Below are positions 47,856 to 59,944 of a stretch of DNA of 64,000 nucleotides, piece by piece. The notes beneath the pieces are model-generated. The model worked only from the letters and a program-made list of their open reading frames with translations. It searched no databases and was not told the origin of the DNA. The translations under genes and the position numbers were made by a program. Source of the DNA: Candidatus Egerieisoma sp. (GTDB lineage: Bacteria; Bacillota; Clostridia; UBA1212; UBA1255); the NCBI GenBank assembly GCA_045125595.1, contig JBGVNN010000024.1:12608-76607 (forward strand). Direction: 5' to 3'. Positions within the stretch are counted from its first letter, which is position 1. Each line of letters opens with the position of its first letter.

Positions 47856-49019
47856 TTGATTTATGAAGTAAAAGAGAATATAGTGTTAAAAACAAAGAAG
47901 GGAGGTGTTTTCATAGATGAGAAACATTTGATTGAAATAGTTAACAAAAAGCTTTCGCAACGCATGGATATGACCCGCGAATACAGCGATGCGGAGCTGA
48001 AAAATTTAATTGGCATATGTATTGAAAACATTATGGTTAAGATACCCGGAGTGAATATTAATGCAAAGAGTTTACTTACTGAGGTATTTAACAGCAGACG
48101 CCGTATGGGACTTATACAACCATTTATTGAAAATCCTGCGGTGAATGAAATAATGATAAACGGTACAGATAATATTTTTATAGAAGTAGATGGCGTGACG
48201 AAGGATTCAGGTTTGCGCTATGACAATAAAGAAGAACTTTTTCATAATATACAGGCTATGCTTTCGCAAAGTAACCGTTCGGTAAGTGAAAGTAATCCGA
48301 TCGTTGATGCAGTATTGCAGGGAGGTTCCAGGATAAATGTAGTTTTAAATCCGGTAGCAATCAACGGGCCTATAGTAACAATCAGAAAATTTACAAAGCA
48401 ACAATACACAATAGAAGACTTCATAAAAAATGATACACTGACAGAAGAAATGGCAGGTTATATTAAACATGCAGTTTTTCGAGGTAAAAGTATTATTATT
48501 TCAGGCAGTACATCATCGGGAAAGACTACTTTTATGAATATGATAGCAGGATTTATACCGGACGATAAAAGGATAATCACTATAGAAGATTCTGCTGAGT
48601 TAAACATAAAAAGTAAAAATGTAGTGCGTTTAGAAACGAGAAATGCCAATACGGAGGGAAATGGAGAAATAAAAATGAGAGCATTAATTAAGGCGGCTCT
48701 CAGAATGAGACCGGACAGATTATTGATAGGAGAAGTGAGAGATGAAAGTGCTCTCGAATTGTTGACAGCGATGTGTACCGGCCATAGTGGCTCAATGTCT
48801 ACTATACATGCAAATTCTGCCGAAGATACCCTTGTGAGACTTGAGACGATGGCTTTGTGGGAAGGACACGTACATTCGGAAGCGATAAAAAGAATGATTG
48901 TTTCCGGAGTGGATGTTGTTGTCTTTCTTGAAAGAAACGAAAAGGGGAGACGAGTTAAAGAAATTGCGGAGGTATGCAAAAATGAAAAAGAAAAAATATG
49001 TCTTAAAAAAATATTTTAA
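47856..49019 (+). CDS. CpaF/TadA-family secretion ATPase.
   Basis: Walker A SGSTSSGKTT, and GHSGSMSTIHANS (His box). The start codon is uncertain. Confidence 0.85.
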   Translation: MIYEVKENIVLKTKKGGVFIDEKHLIEIVNKKLSQRMDMTREYSDAELKNLIGICIENIMVKIPGVNINAKSLLTEVFNSRRRMGLIQPFIENPAVNEIMINGTDNIFIEVDGVTKDSGLRYDNKEELFHNIQAMLSQSNRSVSESNPIVDAVLQGGSRINVVLNPVAINGPIVTIRKFTKQQYTIEDFIKNDTLTEEMAGYIKHAVFRGKSIIISGSTSSGKTTFMNMIAGFIPDDKRIITIEDSAELNIKSKNVVRLETRNANTEGNGEIKMRALIKAALRMRPDRLLIGEVRDESALELLTAMCTGHSGSMSTIHANSAEDTLVRLETMALWEGHVHSEAIKRMIVSGVDVVVFLERNEKGRRVKEIAEVCKNEKEKICLKKIF

Positions 49020-49725
49020 CCTTAACAGTAAGTTGGTTTGCTTTATGTGTTTTTATATTGCATTAGCTGTATTTGTTTTTATGGTTGTTTTTGAAAAGTG
49101 GACAATAAGCATATCTCTTGCTTTGTGCGGATTGCCTCTTTTTGTAAAAAAAACTAAATTATGGTTAAAAAAGAAACGACAAGAAGCAACAGAAGCAGAA
49201 TTTTATGTGTTGTTGACTCAACTTTCAATGGCAATGTCATCAGGAATGTCGTTGGAAAATGCCATAAGAGAAGCTGTTGTTGCAGGTAAAAAAGAATACA
49301 AGATATTAAGAGCGGAGTTAGAAGGTATGTACCGCCTGCTCCAAAACAATTATTCTCCTGAGTATGTATTTGGCGTTTTAGCTAAAAAGACGGAGAATCA
49401 AGAAATTAAAACTTTTTCGGAAATTCTTTCTGTGGGCATGCCGGCCGGGATTAATATGGCGGGGTTAATGAGGTGGCTTACATCTGCTTACAGAATGAAA
49501 ATTGATACAGAAAGTGAAATTTCGAGGATTCTCAATGCGCCGAAATATAACAATCGTATTATATTAGCGATGCCTGTAGTATGTATTGTGCTGTTCAAGC
49601 AAATTGCACCTTCATATATGCAACCGCTGTATGCTGGAGCAGGAAGAATAATAATGGTATTTGTAGTTTTTGTTATTGCTTTGGCTTGGTGGCTGGGAGA
49701 AAAAATAAGCAAAATTGATTATTAA
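48982..49725 (+). CDS. TadB-like T2SS-F-domain membrane protein.
   Basis: RBS GCGGAGG precedes ATG 48982. TM helices flank a cytoplasmic domain (LLTQLSMAMSSGMSLENAIREA). Confidence 0.65.
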   Translation: MKKKKYVLKKYFNLNSKLVCFMCFYIALAVFVFMVVFEKWTISISLALCGLPLFVKKTKLWLKKKRQEATEAEFYVLLTQLSMAMSSGMSLENAIREAVVAGKKEYKILRAELEGMYRLLQNNYSPEYVFGVLAKKTENQEIKTFSEILSVGMPAGINMAGLMRWLTSAYRMKIDTESEISRILNAPKYNNRIILAMPVVCIVLFKQIAPSYMQPLYAGAGRIIMVFVVFVIALAWWLGEKISKIDY

Positions 49726-49744
49726 AAAGATTTAAAGGAGAAAA

Positions 49745-50368
49745 ATGAAAAAAACTTATATATTTTTATTGTGCGGAGCGTTCTTTTTTGTTGTTTCTTT
49801 GGTAATGCAAGAGAATATAGTTTTTTGCTTTATAATGGGATTTACAGCCACAACGCTTAGTTTTGCATTGAATAAAGTTATTGTACAAAAAAAGACAAAG
49901 CAGATAAATCAAAGCTATGAAATGGATTTACCTGATCTCATGGTACATATAGCTATGTTTGCTGAGGCAGGCATGGGAATACAAGATGCTGTAGAAAGAG
50001 CAGTACTTTCCGGAGAAAAAAGAAAGAAACTTTATGCAGACCTTTTTATGGTATTTGAAAACATAAGAAAAGGATACACAAAAGACTTCATAACTGGCTT
50101 GGAAGAATTGGCGGATTTAAGAAAATCACCTGTTTTAAGTAACTTTTGTATAACTGTAGTGCAAAATATGCGTAAAGGCAGCGGTGAATTAAGTGCGCTT
50201 TTTATGTCGCAAGCACAGCTTCAGCGTAATGAAAGGAGAAGACTTGCAGGAAAGATGGCTGATGAAGCAGCAACTTTGTTGATTATCCCATCTACACTTG
50301 TATTGATTGCTTTGATTGTTTTGTTGCTTGCGCCTGCTGTCTTGGAGATGTTTAAGGGTATGAAATAA
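49745..50368 (+). CDS. TadC-like T2SS-F-domain membrane protein.
   Basis: Similar architecture to TadB. RBS AAAGGAG. Confidence 0.6.
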   Translation: MKKTYIFLLCGAFFFVVSLVMQENIVFCFIMGFTATTLSFALNKVIVQKKTKQINQSYEMDLPDLMVHIAMFAEAGMGIQDAVERAVLSGEKRKKLYADLFMVFENIRKGYTKDFITGLEELADLRKSPVLSNFCITVVQNMRKGSGELSALFMSQAQLQRNERRRLAGKMADEAATLLIIPSTLVLIALIVLLLAPAVLEMFKGMK

Positions 50369-50379
50369 AGGGAGGTTTT

Positions 50380-50589
50380 ATGATAGGTATAAAAATGTAT
50401 ATCAAATTAAAATATTGTTTTGAAAAATTGTTTAAAGATGAATCGGGTATGGGTACCATAGAGGTAATTATTATTATTGCTGTGTTGGTTTCTTTGGCTC
50501 TTGTATTCAGGAATTTTATAATGGATATGGCAGGTATGGTTTTTGATAAGATTAAAGCAAAAACAGATGCAACGATTAATTCTTTATAG
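50380..50589 (+). CDS. Flp-family pilin.
   Basis: SGMGTIEVIIIIAVLVSLALVF resembles the Flp G/xxxEY-type class III signal plus hydrophobic core. RBS GGGAGG. Confidence 0.6.
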   Translation: MIGIKMYIKLKYCFEKLFKDESGMGTIEVIIIIAVLVSLALVFRNFIMDMAGMVFDKIKAKTDATINSL

Positions 50590-50612
50590 GCTTTTTGTAT
50601 GAGGGTTAAAAG

Positions 50613-51596
50613 ATGAGAATTAATAAAGAAAGAACAGGAGTGGGAGTTTCTTTTAAGACAAAATACTCACAGCAAGAATTAAAAGATAAAATGAATACAG
50701 TGTCTGAATACTTAACGGGAGTTTTTGTGCCGTCAGATGTGAGTTGGGAGGGGGTGAACTATTCTTTTTATATTACTCACAGGCAATCGTTAAGAGAATA
50801 TATAAATGAAAACGGGATTACAAATAACGATTTTTTTCTTTTTATAAACAGCCTGATATCTTTGTTGGAAAAAGCAGAGGAATATAATATTGATCTTCAT
50901 GAATTCGTATTTGATTATGAATGTGTTTTTGTTGGTGATTCTCTGGCTGAAACGGAGTTTATATACGCACCTGATGCTGAAGCGTATAAAGATGATTATG
51001 TTGTGCATAATAAGTGTAGTGATATGGCATCTATTGTTTCTCTCCACATCGATATGCATGGGTCGAATTTTAATAAACCTGAAGAAAATATTTCCGAAAT
51101 ATTGCGCATATTATATGAGTGGGAAAATAAACCTTTGTCAAAGAAAGTGCCTTTTCCGAAAGAAGAATTGATGTCTTTGATAGCAAAGTCCAAAATGTTT
51201 TTTGATGTAGGAGAATACTTAAAAGAAAAACTTCAAAGAGCATATGATGTTTTTTTGAAAGTTTTTAATTCAAAAGGAGAACTTTACATGAAATTAAACG
51301 GGGTAATGATGTTAAAGGGAGTAAAATATATATGCGAAAGTGAAAAAGATAGTGAAATAAACATAGGTCGAGATGATGAATGGGCAGATTTAGCTGTTGG
51401 CATGATGTTTATCAGTCGTAAACACGCGACAATCTACAGAGAAAACGGGGTGTGGTATATAAAAGATTTAAATTCAAAAAACGGTACATTTGTAAATGGC
51501 GCAAGGATTGTCGCCGACAGACCTTTTTCGCTGAATGACGGATATGAAATTTCGCTTGGCTTGTCTGAGTCAAAATTGATTTTCTGCTTGCCCTAA
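50613..51596 (+). CDS. FHA-domain protein (unknown N-terminal domain, C-terminal FHA).
   Basis: C-terminus INIGRDDEWADLAVGMMFISRKHATIYRENGVWYIKDLNSKNGTFVNG. Immediately downstream of the pilin gene. Confidence 0.7.
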   Translation: MRINKERTGVGVSFKTKYSQQELKDKMNTVSEYLTGVFVPSDVSWEGVNYSFYITHRQSLREYINENGITNNDFFLFINSLISLLEKAEEYNIDLHEFVFDYECVFVGDSLAETEFIYAPDAEAYKDDYVVHNKCSDMASIVSLHIDMHGSNFNKPEENISEILRILYEWENKPLSKKVPFPKEELMSLIAKSKMFFDVGEYLKEKLQRAYDVFLKVFNSKGELYMKLNGVMMLKGVKYICESEKDSEINIGRDDEWADLAVGMMFISRKHATIYRENGVWYIKDLNSKNGTFVNGARIVADRPFSLNDGYEISLGLSESKLIFCLP

Positions 51597-51654
51597 AAAA
51601 AAGCTTATGGTAATATTTAGCAGAATATAATATGTGTAATTAGGGGGCTTTTAA

Positions 51655-52677
51655 ATGGGCTTTTTTAAACAAAATATAGCAATAGATTTAGGTACGGCAA
51701 CAGTTCTTGTCAGCGTTGGTGATAAGGGTGTTGTTATAAAAGAGCCATCTATTGTAGCAGTTAAAGAAGGTACAAATGAGGTTATTGCTATTGGAGAAGA
51801 AGCCAGACTCATGATGGGAAGAACGCCTTTCGATATTAAAACTGTTCGTCCCGTACAAAACGGCGTTATTTCAAGTTACACTATTACCAGAAAAATGATA
51901 GCGTATTATCTTAATAAAGCTATTACAAATCCGATTGCAAGAAAATTCAAACCGGATGTTCTTGTTTGTATCCCCAGCAATACAACGAATGTTGAAAAAA
52001 GAGCCGTTTATCAAGCAGCAATGAGTGCCGGAGCGGGTCGTGTTTTCTTGGTAGAGGAGCCTTTGGCTGCTGCTGTCGGTGCAGGTTTGGACATATCGAG
52101 ACCTACGGGTAATATGATAATAGATATCGGTGGAGGTACTACGGATATTGCCGTGATTTCCTACGAAGGTATCGTAAACAGTAAAAGTGTTAGAGTTGCA
52201 GGAGAATCTTTTGATGACACAATAAAAAGTTATCTTAAAAAGAAACATAATCTTATGATTGGCGACAGTACAGCAGAGGAAATTAAAATCGAAGTCGGCT
52301 GTCTCTATCACGGAGCAAAGAAAAGTTCTATAGAAATCAGAGGAAGTGACCTTATTACAGGTCTTCCGAGTGAAAGAATAATTACTTCAGAGGAAATTCT
52401 TGAGCCGCTTATAGATACAGCAGTACCGATTCTTGACGGTATTCACGCAGTTCTTGAGGAAACTCCTCCGGAGCTTGCGGCTGATATTTATTGTAAGGGC
52501 ATAGTTATGACAGGAGGCGGCGCACAGATTGCCGGCTTTGACGAACTCATTCGCAAAAGTACAGGTGTAGATGTAATGCTCGCTGAAAATCCACAGTATT
52601 GCGTTGTTCAAGGTTGTGTAAGTATCTTGAATGACATGGATAACGATAAAAAACGCAGATATGCCATAACGAGATAA
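51655..52677 (+). CDS. mreB: Rod-shape-determining protein MreB/Mbl.
   Basis: IDLGTATVLV, an actin-fold phosphate loop, and MTGGGAQIAG. Confidence 0.9.
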   Translation: MGFFKQNIAIDLGTATVLVSVGDKGVVIKEPSIVAVKEGTNEVIAIGEEARLMMGRTPFDIKTVRPVQNGVISSYTITRKMIAYYLNKAITNPIARKFKPDVLVCIPSNTTNVEKRAVYQAAMSAGAGRVFLVEEPLAAAVGAGLDISRPTGNMIIDIGGGTTDIAVISYEGIVNSKSVRVAGESFDDTIKSYLKKKHNLMIGDSTAEEIKIEVGCLYHGAKKSSIEIRGSDLITGLPSERIITSEEILEPLIDTAVPILDGIHAVLEETPPELAADIYCKGIVMTGGGAQIAGFDELIRKSTGVDVMLAENPQYCVVQGCVSILNDMDNDKKRRYAITR

Positions 52678-52686
52678 GAAAAATCT

Positions 52687-54057
52687 TTATTTAATAATTT
52701 CAGGTATTATTTTATTAACATCGCCGGCGCCTATCGTTATTACGATATCGCCGCGATTTGCTTTTTGGCGCATAAGTGAAGCAATTTCACTAAAATCAGA
52801 TAAATGAATTGCATTGATGCCGTTCTTGACAAATAATTCGGCTATTGATTTGCCGGAAATTGTACCGGGATCTTTTTCTCTCGCAGAAAAAATGTCAGTT
52901 ACAACAACATAGTCGGCCTTTTTAAAAGCTTCTGTAAATTCATTTAAAAAAGAAAGAGCACGAGAATATGTATGAGGTTGAAAAATAGCATATATTTTAT
53001 TGTTTTTTGCAACTTCTCTTGCGGCGGAAAGTGTTGCGCGTATTTCCGTAGGGTGATGAGCATAATCATCTATGACTATTGCTCCGTTATATTCGCCTTT
53101 TTTCTCAAAACGTCTGCCGGTGCCTGTAAATGCTTCTAAACCATCTTTAATGCTTTCTTTCGAGCAACCCAATTGAAAAGCTGCAGCCGCCGCGGCAACC
53201 GAGTTGGAAATGTTGTGAATTCCGGGCACGTTAAGATTGATTTCTGTAAGAGGATTTCCTTTGTAGCAAAGAGTGTAAGATGAATTTGTGCCGCATTGAA
53301 CTATGTTTGTTGCACAGAAAGTGGCAGAAATATCTTTTACGCTATATGTAATTATGTTTGTTTTTGCTGATTGGATGGCTTTTAAAGCATTTTCGTCATC
53401 AAAGCAAACAACTATGAAACCTTCGCTCGGACAATATGTTGCAAATTCAGAAAAACAATCCATAATGTGATTTAAATCTCTGTAGTAATCAAGATGCTCT
53501 GCTTCAATATTGAGAATAATCTCTCCAAAAGGATGCAGATTAAGAAAATTAGCATGGTACTCGCACGCTTCTGTTACAAAATAATCGCCGTTTGAAGCAA
53601 GTACATTACTGCCGATTCGCGGAAACACACCGCCTATATGTATGGCCGGACTGAGCTCTGCTGACAACATGATAGAGCTGAGCATAGATGTAGTGGATGT
53701 CTTGCCGTGTGTACCGGCTACAGCTACAGAATATTTATAGTGGGAGCAGATTTGTCCGAGGTAAGCTCCTCTTTCTATTATCGGAATGTTTCTGTTTGCT
53801 GCCTCTATAAGCTCGGGATTGTCTGCGGAAACAGCCAAAGTGTATACAACGAGGGATACTGTATCGCTAATGTTCTCGGCAGAGTGGAAAGGATAAACCG
53901 TGATACCCTTTTCTTCAAGAGTTTTAAGTTTGTCAGAATCGCTTCTGTCTGAACCACTTACAATATAGCCTTGCTTTAAAGCAATTTCGGCTATACCGCT
54001 CATGCTTGAACCTCCGATACCTACGAAATGTATATGTCCTTTTGCTGTACTGTTCAT
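52687..54057 (-). CDS. murC: UDP-N-acetylmuramate--L-alanine ligase.
   Basis: HFVGIGGSSMSGIAE and VAVAGTHGKTSTTSM motifs. 456 aa. Confidence 0.9.
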   Translation of the reverse strand: MNSTAKGHIHFVGIGGSSMSGIAEIALKQGYIVSGSDRSDSDKLKTLEEKGITVYPFHSAENISDTVSLVVYTLAVSADNPELIEAANRNIPIIERGAYLGQICSHYKYSVAVAGTHGKTSTTSMLSSIMLSAELSPAIHIGGVFPRIGSNVLASNGDYFVTEACEYHANFLNLHPFGEIILNIEAEHLDYYRDLNHIMDCFSEFATYCPSEGFIVVCFDDENALKAIQSAKTNIITYSVKDISATFCATNIVQCGTNSSYTLCYKGNPLTEINLNVPGIHNISNSVAAAAAAFQLGCSKESIKDGLEAFTGTGRRFEKKGEYNGAIVIDDYAHHPTEIRATLSAAREVAKNNKIYAIFQPHTYSRALSFLNEFTEAFKKADYVVVTDIFSAREKDPGTISGKSIAELFVKNGINAIHLSDFSEIASLMRQKANRGDIVITIGAGDVNKIIPEIIK

Positions 54058-54460
54058 ATGTAATCTCCTCGCGTAAAATCTTTACAGTAAAGAATATGCT
54101 CTAACGAAGATAAAGTATAACATATGATATTATTAATTTCTATAATATATTTATAAAAAGGATTATTGCAATTATGTCGGATAACGGTTGTGTAAATTGT
54201 ATAAAATGCTAAAATTCAAACAGAGCAAGATTTTTATGGAAGCGATAGAACATGTGCTATTTGATTGCTAAAAATATAGATATTGTCAGATGTATTGCGT
54301 TGCGAACAACACATGGGAAGCATCTTTCTGAGTTTAAAAGAAAATTTGAAAAGTCTGTGGGATGTGAAAAGATTCAGCTTGTTACTATTAGCTGACCTTC
54401 TGCATATGGAGAATATGAACCATATAACTTTGCCGAAACATATGAACGAAAATAATATAG

Positions 54461-54654
54461 TGCTTGAATTTCTCCCACAAAAGGTCGGATTTGTTAGAGA
54501 AAAAGTCTCTTGCGGGCGCTTGAAACAGTTTTGAAATGCCTTGAAGCAGCGCTTTCTCACAAAAAGCGCCCGTTTTTGGGAAAATTTTTTCTTTTTTCTC
54601 CCACAAAAACGCATTTCTTGTGAAGAAAAAATCGCAGACAAAATTCGGGGATAG
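54461..54654 (+). repeat. Dispersed ~195-bp intergenic repeat, copy 2.
   Basis: Aligns with 36291-36489. It contains a perfect hairpin GCGCTTT-ctcaca-AAAGCGC followed by CCGTTTTT. Confidence 0.8.
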
Positions 54655-54942
54655 GCAATTTCGTACTTATAGATAGGTAAAAAGTACGAAAATCTCGGCC
54701 AGTGTAGCTTGCAACAGTATTTTCGTACTTTTAGGTATGCAAAAGGTACGAAAATTTTCTCGGGGTTTAACTCAGAGGTAGAGTAGCACATCAAAAATGT
54801 AGTTACTGCTGTAAAAGTGAGCTTATTTGTGTTTTGGAAACCTTTGGAAAAGATTGGGAATGATTTGATAACTTAGAATTGCGTGTTTTGATTTACAATG
54901 GTATAATCAAGAATGAATGACTTTGTGTTGGGAGAAAAAATT

Positions 54943-55992
54943 ATGAGTTCAATGCAAGAATTTTTCAGAAGAATAAAGATAAGACCCTTTGTATATTTCG
55001 GGATGCTGATACTTACCTTGATTTTGGGAGCCTTTGAAGCATATAATCCGATTATTAAAAACTATGGGTCATTCAGTTATATATTGGATCGCAATTATAT
55101 ACAAGCGTTGTCCGGGTGGACCGTTGATATAAATGCATTTTTTGGTGGCAGAAATGCAATCTCAACTATATTGATTGCATTGTTGTTGATGCTTTTGTTT
55201 TCAGCAGTTATTTCCGTATTGTTGTCGGGATATATTAATATATTCATTAATGCTGTTGATGATAAAGAAAAAAGAAAAGGTGAGTTTGTCAAAGGATTAG
55301 AGAAAAACTTCTTTAAAACGATGCTGTACTTATTTGTGGGTATGGTTATGTCAATTCCTCTTTTCTATGTGGTGTTATATTCTGCTGTACCGACAATTTT
55401 CATGATAAAACAATTTTTAGACGGCGATACGGGCGTTATTTTTACAATGCTCCTTATGGCATTGCTTACTTTGGTAGTTGTCCTTTTTGCAATTATCTTT
55501 TTTGCGATGTATTTTACTTATGTTTTGCCGGCTATTGCAGGTTTAAAAAGACGGAATGCTCGCTCGGGAATTAAGATGACAAATACATATTTGTGGTATT
55601 TACTTCCCAAAACAGTGCTCTTCTTGTTTGTTTGCGCAATAATCAGAGTTTCGCTGTTTGCAATACATTACGGACATCAATCTGTTGTACTCAGCATAAT
55701 TGTTTTATTACTTACAGCAATATTGCGTTCAATTGTTTATTATTTATATACTTATTTCGTATTCAACACTTTTATTGCAATGCGCGAGGATTTATATCCT
55801 GACTACGATGAGGATGTACCTGCACCGCAAAAACACTTAGCACGCGTGCCGCAACAAAGAAAAAAAGAAGAGCCCCTTGAGCCGGAAACGGTTTCTGATA
55901 CTTCGGAAAGTTCTGAAGTTTCCGAAGTTTCCGAAGTGCGCGATGAGAACGAAGTCATTGATGACGAATATGATGATTCGTTTGATGATTAA
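54943..55992 (+). CDS. Polytopic membrane protein with a highly acidic C-terminal tail.
   Basis: RBS GGGAGA. Extended -10 TGGTATAAT upstream. C-terminus SESSEVSEVSEVRDENEVIDDEYDDSFDD. Confidence 0.6.
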   Translation: MSSMQEFFRRIKIRPFVYFGMLILTLILGAFEAYNPIIKNYGSFSYILDRNYIQALSGWTVDINAFFGGRNAISTILIALLLMLLFSAVISVLLSGYINIFINAVDDKEKRKGEFVKGLEKNFFKTMLYLFVGMVMSIPLFYVVLYSAVPTIFMIKQFLDGDTGVIFTMLLMALLTLVVVLFAIIFFAMYFTYVLPAIAGLKRRNARSGIKMTNTYLWYLLPKTVLFLFVCAIIRVSLFAIHYGHQSVVLSIIVLLLTAILRSIVYYLYTYFVFNTFIAMREDLYPDYDEDVPAPQKHLARVPQQRKKEEPLEPETVSDTSESSEVSEVSEVRDENEVIDDEYDDSFDD

Positions 55993-56027
55993 TATCGCTT
56001 ATACAAAAGAAAAGGAACGGTATTTTT

Positions 56028-57124
56028 ATGGATTCAGAAAATAAAACGCGTCAAAGTGTAATAGTTTTGTGTTGTTGCATTGTTTGTGTTATAACAGCAG
56101 TGATTTGTGTTGTCTTATTTTTGTCCGCAAAGAATAAGAATGATGATAAGATTATAGGAAATAAAGTTGTTGTTTCACTTGGTGAAGATAAAATTACAGA
56201 AAGTCAGTTTGAGTTTTTTGCGAGACTTATATTAAATCAAGAAGAAAACACGGTAAAAGAGCTTTATGCATCAAAAGATAAATCAGATAAAGACGAGTTG
56301 AAGAAATATACTTCAAACTTTATAAACGAATATCTTGTGCGTGTAAATGAAGCTGAAAAAGCAGGTGTTTCTTTAACAGAACAAGAGAAAGAATCTTTAA
56401 ATAAACAATTTGATGAGGATTATGAAAAAAACAAAAAGACAGATGAAGGTGAACTTTCAAAAGATGATTTTTATCTGTATTATTATGGTATAACAGAATC
56501 TCAATATAAAACTTTTTGGAAAAATTGGTACATAATAGATAAACATACTTCTTTGTTAGAAAAAGAAGCAGATGTCAGCGAAAAAACACAACAGCTTGCT
56601 TTTCAGGAATATTATGATTATCTATATTCTTATACTACTTCTGTAATACCACTTCATGTTGATGCTGAAAACACAAAAGAATCCCTTATCGAAAAAGCAA
56701 ATAACATAGTAAGTCAATTAAAGTCAGGCGCTGACTTTGTGACATTATTAAAAGAAAATTGCGAAGATAAAGATCTTGTTGAAAAAAACGGAGTATCTGA
56801 CTTTTATCCGGTTTACAAGAATGAATTTGTTGAAATGTATGATTTCGTTAGGACGAGTGAAATAGGAGAAATCAGTGTTGTCAGTACGGATTATGATGTA
56901 TATGTTGTGAGACTTGATGGTATAAAAGATTTTGAAAAGTTGAAAAACACTGACGAACTTTTGAAATGGACAAGAACTTTTTATGTTAATAAAGCCGTAA
57001 GTGATATGCTTGAATCTGATAAATATGTATATAAAATTGAAAAAGAAGTATATGATGCAATTGATTTGAGTAAGATTCTTGAAGAGGCATACAAATATTG
57101 GCAGTCGATTTGGGAGGATAAGGC

Positions 57125-57128
<4 letters not shown>
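56028..57128 (+). CDS. Membrane-anchored PrsA/SurA-like chaperone with a degenerate parvulin-type PPIase domain.
   Basis: N-terminal TM segment, a SurA_N-like region, and a C-terminal segment resembling parvulin folds ([20 protein letters not shown]). Confidence 0.45.
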
Positions 57129-59372
<2,244 letters not shown>

Positions 59373-59834
59373 ATGAAAAACAGTGTTAAAAAAATACTTT
59401 CATTTGTAATGATAATGGCAATCGCAATGCTTTCTCTTTCTATGGTAGCATTTGCAACAGATGCCGCTGCAACACAGGCTCCCGCAGCAGGTAGTCCGGC
59501 AGCAGCAACAAACGGTGCACAGGCACAACAACCGAAGGGTATGAATCCTTGGATAATGATTGTTATCTATATTCTTTTCTTTGTGGTAGTAGGTTATTTC
59601 CTTATCTACAGACCTAACAAGAAGCGTAAGAAACAAGAAGAAGAACTCAAAAACAGCATTATGCTTGGTGATGAGGTTACTACAATCGGTGGTATTGTAG
59701 GTAAAGTAGTTAACATTAAGGATGATAATATCACTGTTGAAACATCAATTGATAAAACTCTTATGGAGTTCAAAAATTGGGCAATCCGTGATGTTAAAAA
59801 ACTTATAACAGACGACGAGCCTGAGAGCAAATAA
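59373..59834 (+). CDS. yajC: Preprotein translocase subunit YajC with an N-terminal Ala/Gln-rich extension.
   Basis: Core IMIVIYILFFVVVGYFLIYRPNKKRKKQEEEL..GDEVTTIGGIVGKVV. RBS GGAGGAAAA. Confidence 0.8.
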   Translation: MKNSVKKILSFVMIMAIAMLSLSMVAFATDAAATQAPAAGSPAAATNGAQAQQPKGMNPWIMIVIYILFFVVVGYFLIYRPNKKRKKQEEELKNSIMLGDEVTTIGGIVGKVVNIKDDNITVETSIDKTLMEFKNWAIRDVKKLITDDEPESK

Positions 59835-59944
59835 TATTAAAAAAGATACATCGACTGTCCGCCGTATCCGAATTTAATGTCGGGTATTGGCGGACTGTTT
59901 GGGTTTATTGAGTAGTTGTAAAATTCAGGAAGAGATGGATTAAT

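Noticed and set aside
54234-54794. A 186-aa minus-strand ORF spanning the murC upstream region.
   Set aside because: It covers the repeat element and palindromes, has low-complexity Cys/Phe-rich composition, and has no RBS. It is a likely spurious reading of intergenic DNA.
59373-59834. YajC appears unusually long at 153 aa, with an N-terminal signal-like, Ala/Gln-rich extension.
   Set aside because: The extension is low-complexity. It could reflect an upstream mis-start or a lineage-specific feature, and the evidence is too weak to flag.
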